From: an uncultured Ruminococcus sp.
GTDB lineage: Bacteria; Bacillota; Clostridia; Oscillospirales; Ruminococcaceae
Direction: 5' to 3'
DNA: 64,000 bases
Assembly: GCA_947624295.1 (NCBI GenBank)
Contig: CANQJV010000004.1
Span: 16,012-80,011, forward strand
Made by a program: the position numbers and the translations under genes. Under the pieces are notes generated by a model. The model saw nothing but the letters and a program-made list of their open reading frames with translations, was not told the DNA's origin and searched no databases. Positions 37,496 to 46,350 of the stretch are shown here, piece by piece (within the stretch, counting starts at the first letter, position 1; every line of letters starts with the position of its first letter).

Positions 37496-40120
37496 TTACT
37501 TGTTAGCAATTGCAGCCTGTGCAGCAGCAAGACGTGCAATCGGAACACGGAATGGTGAGCAAGATACATAGTCAAGACCAATCTTGTGGCAGAACTCAAC
37601 AGATGTCGGGTCGCCACCGTGCTCACCGCAGATACCGCAGTGGAGTTTATCGTTTACAGGTTTACCGAGTTTGATAGCCATTTCCATGAGTTTGCCGACA
37701 CCAGTCTGGTCAAGTTTAGCGAATGGGTCATTCTCGAAAATCTTCTTGTCGTAGTAAGCGTTGAGGAATTTGCCTGCGTCATCACGTGAGAAACCGTATG
37801 TCATCTGTGTGAGGTCGTTTGTACCGAAACAGAAGAAGTCAGCATTTGCAGCGATTTCGTCAGCTGTAAGAGCAGCACGTGGGATTTCAATCATTGTACC
37901 AACTTCATATTCAAGGTCAGCACCTGCGGCAGAGATAACAGCATCAGCAGTTTCAACAACAATCTTCTTAACGAACTTGAATTCTTTTACGTCGCCAACA
38001 AGCGGAATCATAATTTCAGGCTTTACATTCCAGTCAGGGTGATTCTTCTTGACGTTGATAGCAGCCTTGATAACAGCATTTGTCTGCATTTTAGCGATTT
38101 CAGGGTAAGTTACAGCAAGACGGCAGCCTCTGTGACCCATCATCGGGTTAAATTCGTGAAGGCTTGAAATGATGTTCTTGATTGTTTCAACAGATTTGCC
38201 CTGAGCCTCAGCAAGAGCCTTGATGTCCTCTTCTTCTGTGGGAACAAATTCGTGGAGAGGCGGGTCAAGGAATCTGATTGTAACAGGATTACCCTCAAGA
38301 GCCTCGTAGAGAGCCTCAAAGTCAGCCTGCTGCATAGGTTCAATCTTAGCAAGAGCAGCTTCTCTTTCTTCAACTGTATCTGAGCAAATCATCTCACGGA
38401 ATGCAGCGATTCTTGACGGGTCGAAGAACATATGCTCTGTACGGCAGAGACCAATACCTTCAGCACCGAGTTCACGAGCCTTTTTAGCGTCAGCAGGTGT
38501 ATCAGCATTAGTTCTTACCTTGAGTGTTCTGAATTCGTCAGCCCAGTTCATAATTCTCTCAAATTCGCCTGCAATCTGTGCGTCAACAGTTTCGATAACG
38601 CCGTCGTAGATATTACCTGTTGTACCGTCGATTGAGATATAGTCGCCCTCAACAAATGTTTTTCCGCCGAGTTCGAATTTCTTTTCAGCCTCATTGATTT
38701 TGATGTCACCACAGCCTGATACACAGCATTCGCCCATACCACGTGCAACAACAGCAGCGTGTGATGTCATACCGCCACGGACTGTAAGAATACCTTGTGC
38801 AGCTTTCATACCTGTGATGTCTTCAGGTGAAGTTTCAAGACGTACAAGAACAACTTTTTCGCCTTTACCAGCCCATTCAACTGCATCATCAGCAGAGAAT
38901 ACGATTTTACCGCAGGCAGCACCGGGTGATGCGCCAAGACCTTTACCGATAGGAGTAGCTTTCTTGAGAACAGCAGTATCAAACTGTGGGTGAAGAAGTG
39001 TATCGAGGTTACGTGGGTCAATCATTGCAACTGCTTCTTCAGGAGTTTTCATACCTTCGTCAACAAGGTCGCACGCAATTTTAAGAGCAGCCTGAGCAGT
39101 TCTCTTACCGTTTCTTGTCTGGAGCATATAGAGCTTTCTGTTTTCAACAGTAAATTCCATATCCTGCATATCGTGGTAGTGATTTTCAAGTGTCTGGCAA
39201 ACTTCAACGAATTGTGCATAAGCCTCCGGGAAAGTTTCAGCCATCTGTGCAATAGGCATAGGAGTTCTTACACCTGCAACAACGTCTTCGCCCTGTGCAT
39301 TTGTGAGAAATTCGCCCATAAGTTTCTTTTCGCCTGTAGCAGGGTCACGTGTGAATGCAACGCCTGTACCGCAATCGTCGCCCATATTACCGAAAGCCAT
39401 TGACTGTACGTTTACAGCAGTACCCCATGAGAAAGGAATATCGTTATCACGTCTGTAAACGTTAGCTCTCGGGTTGTCCCATGAACGGAATACAGCCTTT
39501 ATAGCACCAACAAGCTGTTCTTTCGGGTCGTCAGGGAAATCAACGCCGATTTTGCTCTTATATTCAGCCTTAAATTGTGTAGCGAGTTCCTTGAGGTCAT
39601 CAGCAGTGAGTTCAACGTCTTGTGTAACGCCTTTTTTAGCTTTCATTTCGTCGATGAGTTCTTCGAAATATTTTTTGCCGACTTCCATAACAACGTCAGA
39701 ATACATCTGGATAAATCTTCTGTAGCAGTCCCAAGCCCAGCGAGCGTTACCTGATTTTTCAGCGATAGCGTTTACAACAGTTTCATTAAGACCAAGGTTG
39801 AGGATAGTATCCATCATACCCGGCATTGAAGCTCTTGCGCCTGAACGTACGGAAACGAGGAGCGGATTTTCCTTGTCGCCGAATTTTTTGCCTGTAACGC
39901 CTTCCATTTTTGTGATGTACTCATTGATTTCAGCCATAATCTCGTCTGAGATACCGCCGTCCTCGTAATACTGAGTACAAGCCTCTGTTGTGATTGTGAA
40001 GCCCTGTGGAACAGGAAGACCGATGTTGGTCATTTCAGCAAGGTTAGCACCCTTACCGCCGAGAAGTTCTCTCATTGTTGCGTTACCTTCTGAGAAAAGG
40101 TAGCAGTATTTTTTTGCCAT
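37496..40120 (-). CDS. ppdK: pyruvate, phosphate dikinase
   Basis: LLGGKGANLAEM, SVRSGA..SMPGMMDT, GGMTSHAAVVARG, GTNDLTQ, GICGEHGG. Confidence 0.98.
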   Translation of the reverse strand: MAKKYCYLFSEGNATMRELLGGKGANLAEMTNIGLPVPQGFTITTEACTQYYEDGGISDEIMAEINEYITKMEGVTGKKFGDKENPLLVSVRSGARASMPGMMDTILNLGLNETVVNAIAEKSGNARWAWDCYRRFIQMYSDVVMEVGKKYFEELIDEMKAKKGVTQDVELTADDLKELATQFKAEYKSKIGVDFPDDPKEQLVGAIKAVFRSWDNPRANVYRRDNDIPFSWGTAVNVQSMAFGNMGDDCGTGVAFTRDPATGEKKLMGEFLTNAQGEDVVAGVRTPMPIAQMAETFPEAYAQFVEVCQTLENHYHDMQDMEFTVENRKLYMLQTRNGKRTAQAALKIACDLVDEGMKTPEEAVAMIDPRNLDTLLHPQFDTAVLKKATPIGKGLGASPGAACGKIVFSADDAVEWAGKGEKVVLVRLETSPEDITGMKAAQGILTVRGGMTSHAAVVARGMGECCVSGCGDIKINEAEKKFELGGKTFVEGDYISIDGTTGNIYDGVIETVDAQIAGEFERIMNWADEFRTLKVRTNADTPADAKKARELGAEGIGLCRTEHMFFDPSRIAAFREMICSDTVEEREAALAKIEPMQQADFEALYEALEGNPVTIRFLDPPLHEFVPTEEEDIKALAEAQGKSVETIKNIISSLHEFNPMMGHRGCRLAVTYPEIAKMQTNAVIKAAINVKKNHPDWNVKPEIMIPLVGDVKEFKFVKKIVVETADAVISAAGADLEYEVGTMIEIPRAALTADEIAANADFFCFGTNDLTQMTYGFSRDDAGKFLNAYYDKKIFENDPFAKLDQTGVGKLMEMAIKLGKPVNDKLHCGICGEHGGDPTSVEFCHKIGLDYVSCSPFRVPIARLAAAQAAIANK

Positions 40121-40420
40121 TGGTATATACCTCCGTTTTTATACTTTACCGAAAGAGATGTAAGCGCACACTCTCTCGACTTATATATATTATACCATAC
40201 TTTACTAAAAATTACCATATACAATAAGGCAAAAATTAAGCGTTGATTTTGTAGCACTTTGCACAAAAGAATTGAGATAATAGACTTTTTTATTAAAATC
40301 GTCGTGCAAATATTTTTTATTATTTTAAGACTTTTTCAATCATTTATGTTATAATATAATTAAAAGAATTTGTATTATGATTCAGTTTGATTAAAAAATT
40401 TATGAAAAGGGGAATGTGCT

Positions 40421-41089
40421 ATGAAAATACTTGTCGTGGAAGATGAAATGCAGTTAGCTGATGCTTTGTCTGAATTGTTAAAAAGAAATATGTATTCTGT
40501 TGATACATTTTACAACGGCATTGACGGTCTGGATAATGCACTCACGGGAATCTACGACTGCATTATACTTGACATTATGATGCCGGGTATGAACGGGATT
40601 GAAGTACTCAGCAATTTACGCAGGGAAAAAATAAATACTCCTGTACTGTTGCTGACGGCGAAAAGCGAAATCGATGACAAAATCAACGGACTTGATTGCG
40701 GTGCTGACGACTACCTCACGAAACCGTTTGTTACAGGCGAACTACTTGCGAGAGTGAGAGCGTTGACCCGGCGTAAAGGCGAACTTGTTGACGAAAACAA
40801 ATTTGAGTACAAAGGACTGGAGTTACATAAGAACACTTGTTCTATAAGCTGCAAAGGCAATGATATGAAATTAAGCCTGAAAGAATACTACATAATGGAA
40901 ATGCTTATTGCAAATCACGGGCAGATTCTCCCGAAAGAACGCATTATAGAGAAAATATGGGGTTGTGAGAGCGATGTGGAATACAATAACATAGAAGTGT
41001 ATATATCATTTCTGCGTAAAAAAATAGCATCTGTTATGGCTGATGTGCAGATTAAAACTGCACGTGGTATCGGCTATTTCCTTGAGTAA
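40421..41089 (+). CDS. OmpR/PhoB-family response regulator
   Basis: ILVVEDE, LDIMMP, GADDYLTKPF, VYISFLRKKI, TARGIGY. Confidence 0.95.
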   Translation: MKILVVEDEMQLADALSELLKRNMYSVDTFYNGIDGLDNALTGIYDCIILDIMMPGMNGIEVLSNLRREKINTPVLLLTAKSEIDDKINGLDCGADDYLTKPFVTGELLARVRALTRRKGELVDENKFEYKGLELHKNTCSISCKGNDMKLSLKEYYIMEMLIANHGQILPKERIIEKIWGCESDVEYNNIEVYISFLRKKIASVMADVQIKTARGIGYFLE

Positions 41090-41101
41090 GCAGGTGATTT
41101 T

Positions 41102-42880
41102 ATGTTCAGGAAAGTCCAGCTTAAATTTTTCGGCATAATAACTGCTATTCTCATCGCTATATTTATCGCACTTCTCAGCGGTATAAATATAATTATGGAT
41201 ATGCTTATGGAACACCAGACAGATGTTGTCCTCGAACAAGTTGCCTCAGGTGTGGAATACAACAGCGAAACTAACAGGTTTACTTTTATGAATCCGCATA
41301 AAAATAATGAACCCCGTGAATTTGAAGCACCAACTCAGAAGCCCGAAACTACTGCTGCTGCAAGCGAAAAGGCGGTTACTCAAAATAAAACAGAATCGGC
41401 GACTGCCGGAACTCCTGACGAAAATACTGCGCCTGTTGAAACAAAAACAAATTCGCCTGAAACTGTTCAGGAAACAGAAATCCCGCCGACAGAAGAACTC
41501 CCGACAACGCCCGTGACTGATTCCAAAACTGAACAACCGCCGACAGAACTCGAAACTCCTGAACCGTCTGAACCTGCTGATTTCCCTGACGAGGAAGAAT
41601 GGCAGAATCCTCCTCCGTGGGAAGAACGTCCCACTAAATCCGAACAGGATTGGGAAGAGGAATGGGAATGGGATAAGCCTGAACGCAATCCTGAACAATA
41701 TCAGGATTGGGACGACGGCAGGGCTCACCCTGACCACGAAATCTGGAGAGAAAACGGGTTTATGCCTACTGCTGATACAGGGAATATCCCTGTACTTGAC
41801 GGGTACACCGTGACGGACGGTGATAAACCGCCGATTCCGCCTGATGACACTTTCAAGAGGGATTTCGTTGAACCTGTACCAAAATCGATAAATTCAATTG
41901 ATTTTTTTGTGATTATGGCTGATGAAAACGGCGAATATCTTGCTTCACTCAACAATGACGATATGACTGAAGAAACTGCACAAGCTTATATAACGCAAAT
42001 CCTCAATAACAAGGAAAAATCAGGTATGGCTGATAATTACAGTTTCTGTACGGAGAAAAAAAATAATGGTACTGTTATAGTGCTGACGGACAAAACGGCT
42101 GAAATGAATATTATGCATAAGTTAAAACGTACAACTATTATCGTCGGTATCATCAGTATAATTTTCCTGTCAGTCGGTGCGTACTTCATAAGCGGGATTA
42201 TTGTCCGCCCGATTAAAGATACTTTCGAGAAACAAAAACAGTTTATTTCGGACGCAAGCCACGAATTGAAAACGCCCTTGACCGTAATATCCGCCAATGC
42301 TGATGTTCTTTACGGGGAAATAGGCGAAAATAAATGGCTTAACTATATTCAGGACCAAGCAGGCAGAATGAATGTTCTTGTAAATGATTTGCTTAGTCTG
42401 ACACGCCTTGAAAATAAATCAAATAACTTTGTTCAGACGGAATTTAATTTAAGTCAGGCGATTGTCAACACTGCTCTGCCTTTTGAGTGTCAGGCTTTTG
42501 AATCAAATAAAAACTTTGTACTTAATATTGATGATGATATTTCAGTTTACGGAAGTGAACAGCATATTAAGCAAATGGCAGGTATTTTTATCGACAATGC
42601 CTTGAAATATTCCAAAGACGGCGGTACTGTACGTGTTTCGCTCACGAAAGAGGACGGTAAAACTGTATTTTCCGTGTATAATACCGGTTCAGGCGTGAAA
42701 GAAGAAGATAAATACAGGATTTTTGAACGCTTCTACAGGAGCGATGAGTCCCGTAACCGCTCTACAGGCGGGTACGGTTTAGGGCTTGCTATCGCTAAAT
42801 CTATCATCGATAAGCATAAATTCAAAATAGAAGTCGAAAACGATGAGGGCAAAAGTATCTGCTTTATAGTTAAAATGTAA
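41102..42880 (+). CDS. membrane sensor histidine kinase with a long low-complexity extracellular insert
   Basis: Two TMs, DASHELKTP, DNALKY, FERFYR, GGYGLGLAI; P/T/E-rich and W/acidic segment between the TMs. Confidence 0.92.
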   Translation: MFRKVQLKFFGIITAILIAIFIALLSGINIIMDMLMEHQTDVVLEQVASGVEYNSETNRFTFMNPHKNNEPREFEAPTQKPETTAAASEKAVTQNKTESATAGTPDENTAPVETKTNSPETVQETEIPPTEELPTTPVTDSKTEQPPTELETPEPSEPADFPDEEEWQNPPPWEERPTKSEQDWEEEWEWDKPERNPEQYQDWDDGRAHPDHEIWRENGFMPTADTGNIPVLDGYTVTDGDKPPIPPDDTFKRDFVEPVPKSINSIDFFVIMADENGEYLASLNNDDMTEETAQAYITQILNNKEKSGMADNYSFCTEKKNNGTVIVLTDKTAEMNIMHKLKRTTIIVGIISIIFLSVGAYFISGIIVRPIKDTFEKQKQFISDASHELKTPLTVISANADVLYGEIGENKWLNYIQDQAGRMNVLVNDLLSLTRLENKSNNFVQTEFNLSQAIVNTALPFECQAFESNKNFVLNIDDDISVYGSEQHIKQMAGIFIDNALKYSKDGGTVRVSLTKEDGKTVFSVYNTGSGVKEEDKYRIFERFYRSDESRNRSTGGYGLGLAIAKSIIDKHKFKIEVENDEGKSICFIVKM

Positions 42881-42885
42881 AACAA

Positions 42886-42914
42886 AATCCGCACATTTCA
42901 TTTTTGTGCGGATT
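42886..42914. terminator. bidirectional terminator-like hairpin
   Basis: aatccgcaca...tgtgcggatt between convergent genes. Confidence 0.6.
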
Positions 42915-42922
42915 ATCTCATT

Positions 42923-43552
42923 TTATCTGACTTTCGAGAATACAAGCGTACTGTTTTCCCCGACAAGCGTAAGAACATTATTTTCAACCGCAAAGTTGAA
43001 TATACTTACAGTACCCTTTTCAGCACCGAAAAATGACAGGTCATCTCCCGAAAAAGTAATTATTTTATCATTTACACTGTACTCGCACATATATATCTGC
43101 GCTGTGAGTTCATCTTTGCCTGCAATTATCTTGTATCTGTCCTGTAAATCGCCATATGATTCGGAAAGTTCATTGTACAGTATACCGCTTTTCAGAGTGT
43201 ACTGCCCGAACGCTGATTCTGATGATTCGTCACGTGTCATTGTAATCATATCAACACCGTTGACCTCGAAACTATATGTTTTCCCGTCAAATCGGCAACT
43301 GTCAGAATAATCCTCGTCTGAACCTGTGATATGTGCTATATTATTTTCGTCGATGTACATTGTATCAGTTAAATCAACTTTCAGGCTGAATTTATTATCT
43401 TCGTCAAAACAGAAACTTCCGCCGATTTCTCCGCTGTACCATTCCCCAGAAATATCTGCATTATTCGCTGATGAGGATTCCTGTTGTGATTCCGAACAGC
43501 TACAGAAATTCAGAAAAATCAACATTGCCGATATTACAGCAGTTTTCCGCAT
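42923..43552 (-). CDS. putative lipoprotein (paralog of the upstream gene); start uncertain
   Basis: MRK-hydrophobic-FCSC lipobox; ISGEW...F.FDED motif shared with 43557-44336. Confidence 0.75.
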   Translation of the reverse strand: MRKTAVISAMLIFLNFCSCSESQQESSSANNADISGEWYSGEIGGSFCFDEDNKFSLKVDLTDTMYIDENNIAHITGSDEDYSDSCRFDGKTYSFEVNGVDMITMTRDESSESAFGQYTLKSGILYNELSESYGDLQDRYKIIAGKDELTAQIYMCEYSVNDKIITFSGDDLSFFGAEKGTVSIFNFAVENNVLTLVGENSTLVFSKVR

Positions 43553-43556
43553 TATT

Positions 43557-44336
43557 TTATTCTTCAGCACGCTCATAGACTTCATCAAATTCCTCGCCGT
43601 CAACTTCGTACGTCATTGTAAGCGTATCGCCCTCTATTTTGTATTTATATTTAACTGCATCAGCTGATTCGTCAACATATGTGAAAAATTTGCTGAACAT
43701 TTCAAGAGAATCGCCTATCGTTTCGTATTCGCAGTAGTTCTCAAGAGTGAGTATCAGCTTTTCACCGTCGATTTCCGCAAGAAATTCAAGGTCATCATCT
43801 TTTTTCACGTCATCAAGGTTTATACCGACGTTCTGGGCGAAATATTGCAGAAGTATACCGTCAAGCATTGTATACGTCCCGTCAATGCTGTCAGGGTTTT
43901 CACCGTCGTTACGTGTCATATTGACCATTATGCTGATGTCGGTATCTGTTTTGTACTGTACCATGAGATTTTTACCGTCATAAGTTATATCGTCCTTGCT
44001 GATAATATCTCCGCCTTTATTAAATTCCCCGTCTTTTGTGAAATTTATATCCATAGCTGAGAAATCAACTACAAGTGACATTTTCCTGTCCTCGCCGAAA
44101 ATATACCCGTTTGTACCGTTCCACCATTTGCCGATTATCGCCTCGTCAATAGGTGCTGTACTTTTGCGGACTGCCTTAGTTGTTTCCTCAGCCGTACTCT
44201 GTTCAGCAGATGATTCGGCAGACGTACTGTTGCCTGTATCGCTTGTACTGCTCTTATTTTCAGAACAGCCTGCAAAAGATGATGCAATTCCTGCTGTCAC
44301 AAGAAGTGCTGTAATTATTTTTTTTGATTTACTCAT
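43557..44336 (-). CDS. putative lipoprotein
   Basis: FAGC lipobox, S/T-rich linker, IIGKW...YIFGED beta-rich domain; GGAGGT RBS. Confidence 0.8.
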   Translation of the reverse strand: MSKSKKIITALLVTAGIASSFAGCSENKSSTSDTGNSTSAESSAEQSTAEETTKAVRKSTAPIDEAIIGKWWNGTNGYIFGEDRKMSLVVDFSAMDINFTKDGEFNKGGDIISKDDITYDGKNLMVQYKTDTDISIMVNMTRNDGENPDSIDGTYTMLDGILLQYFAQNVGINLDDVKKDDDLEFLAEIDGEKLILTLENYCEYETIGDSLEMFSKFFTYVDESADAVKYKYKIEGDTLTMTYEVDGEEFDEVYERAEE

Positions 44337-44356
44337 TTTTCTGTACCTCCGTGAAT

Positions 44357-45367
44357 TTATATTTCGTCCATTGATAGTGTTGCCCGTGCGTTGAGGCTCT
44401 CGTCTGCCGTAATCCCTGCAAGGAAATTATAGCTTCCCTGACAGGCTATCATCGCACCGTTATCACCGCATAGACTTATTTCGGGCATATAAAACTCATA
44501 ACCCTTTTCCGCACACGCTTTAGCAAGGGCTGAACGTACTCCCGTATTCGCTGATACTCCTCCCGCAAGTGCTATCTTCCTGTACCCGTACGATTCCGCT
44601 GCAAGAAGTGTCTTCTCAGTTATGATGTCCGCAATTGTTTTCTGTATACTCGCTGACAAGTCGTTTTTGTTAATTGTTTCACCTTTTTGCTCAGCGTGGT
44701 GAATCATATTTATTACAGACGTTTTCAAGCCCGAAAAACTAAAGTCAAATTCACTCCCTGCAACTACAGGGTGCGGTAATCTGAAAGCTGTACAATCTCC
44801 TGTCTGCGCTGATTCGTCAATGTGGATTCCGCCGGGGTAGGGGAATCCCATAGCCCTCGCACATTTGTCGAAACATTCTCCTGCCGCATCGTCACGTGTT
44901 CTGCCTATTACGTGGAATTTCGTATAGTCAAGGACTTCCACGATATGACTATGCGCACCGCTTGCGACTACACACAAGTACGGCGGTTCGAGGTCTTTGT
45001 GACAGATGTAATTTGCAGCGATATGCCCTGCAATATGATGTACAGGTATGAGCGGTTTCCCTGCCGAAAATGCAATTGCTTTGGCGAAACTCACTCCCAC
45101 AAGCAACGCTCCTATCAGCCCCGGCGCATACGTTACCGCTATACCGTCAAGTTCAGGGAGAGTTACGTTCGCATCGTCAAGTGCTTTTTGGACTACTCCG
45201 AGAATATTCTCGCAGTGACGGCGTGAGGCGATTTCAGGCACAACTCCGCCGTATTTCTTGTGTTCCTCGATTTGCGTGGAAATTACCGACGATTTTATAT
45301 TACGGCAATCCTCACATATACTTGCTGCCGTTTCATCGCAGGAACTTTCTATTCCGAGTATCAGCAT
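44357..45367 (-). CDS. tsaD: tRNA N6-threonylcarbamoyltransferase
   Basis: ILGIESSCDET, GGVVPEIASRRH, HHIAGH, TRDDAAGE, FSFSGLK, GGVSAN, DNGAMIA. Confidence 0.97.
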   Translation of the reverse strand: MLILGIESSCDETAASICEDCRNIKSSVISTQIEEHKKYGGVVPEIASRRHCENILGVVQKALDDANVTLPELDGIAVTYAPGLIGALLVGVSFAKAIAFSAGKPLIPVHHIAGHIAANYICHKDLEPPYLCVVASGAHSHIVEVLDYTKFHVIGRTRDDAAGECFDKCARAMGFPYPGGIHIDESAQTGDCTAFRLPHPVVAGSEFDFSFSGLKTSVINMIHHAEQKGETINKNDLSASIQKTIADIITEKTLLAAESYGYRKIALAGGVSANTGVRSALAKACAEKGYEFYMPEISLCGDNGAMIACQGSYNFLAGITADESLNARATLSMDEI

Positions 45368-45395
45368 TTTATCACCTTTCTTTTCTTTGATTTGC

Positions 45396-45878
45396 CTATA
45401 TTGCTAAAATAATTGCATATATTGTTGCCCCGGTAAACAGCAGTTCAACAGCCGAAAGTATAACAGTACTGCTGATTGCTGAAGTAAGAGAATATTTCTC
45501 AAGGCAGGTATTTTCAGGGTCGGCAGGGTCGTATATAAGCGGTATCTCATTGCAGCCGATTTCCCATTTATTGAATTTTTCACCGTTTCGGCATTCGTAA
45601 TTTTCCCCGTTCACCTGATATTCTATGATGTTATACGCACTTTTCCCCAAAAAAACCTTGCTTTTCAGCGTGCCTTGAGTTCGGCAGCCTTTTCTATGGA
45701 GTTCTGAAGTGCGGATATGTTCTCTGATTGCCGTGATTTGCATATACAGGAAAAAAATATCAGCCAAAATCAGTATGCTGATGACAAATCCCGGTTCCGT
45801 ACCAAACAGATACAGGCTTAGCGCAAAGACTGCCGTCACTACAGCTATGACTGCCACGGTGATTTTCAGTATTCTCAT
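45396..45878 (-). CDS. membrane protein (DUF3592-like topology)
   Basis: Two N-terminal TMs, beta-rich middle ending YDPADP, C-terminal TM; AAAAGGAGGTG RBS. Confidence 0.65.
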   Translation of the reverse strand: MRILKITVAVIAVVTAVFALSLYLFGTEPGFVISILILADIFFLYMQITAIREHIRTSELHRKGCRTQGTLKSKVFLGKSAYNIIEYQVNGENYECRNGEKFNKWEIGCNEIPLIYDPADPENTCLEKYSLTSAISSTVILSAVELLFTGATIYAIILAI

Positions 45879-45885
45879 AGGGTAA

Positions 45886-46350
45886 TCACCTCCTTTTGAC
45901 CATAACTACTGCATTTTCAGGCGGATTTGAGTAAAAATTCTTTCTTACGGACAGCTTACTGAAACCGCACTTCTCATAGAGTGAAATCGCAGGCGTATTG
46001 GATTCCCTCACTTCGAGGAAAAGTTCACTGATGTATTCAGGCAGATTCCGCTCAAATTCCGCTATAAGCCGTGTACCTATTCCGCATCGGCGGTGATTCG
46101 GGTCTACAGCAACGCTTGTTATATCAGCCTCATCGCCTGCGTAGTACCCCGAAATCAAGCCTATTATCTGCTTATTTTCTGAACAGGCGATGACAATGCC
46201 GTTATCTTTACGGACTTCCGATTCAAAAGATTCCGCTGACCAGCCTTCCGCACCTGTACACGCCTTATCAAGTGCCGATAATTCGCTGAATACAGCTGTA
46301 TCTGTATCAGGCGTGAGTTTCGTGAAAATAATATCAGCCTTTTGCGTCAT
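45886..46350 (-). CDS. rimI: ribosomal-protein-alanine N-acetyltransferase
   Basis: VAVDP.HRRCGIG, LEVRESN..AISLYEKCGF...RKNFY..P.ENAVVM. Confidence 0.9.
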   Translation of the reverse strand: MTQKADIIFTKLTPDTDTAVFSELSALDKACTGAEGWSAESFESEVRKDNGIVIACSENKQIIGLISGYYAGDEADITSVAVDPNHRRCGIGTRLIAEFERNLPEYISELFLEVRESNTPAISLYEKCGFSKLSVRKNFYSNPPENAVVMVKRR

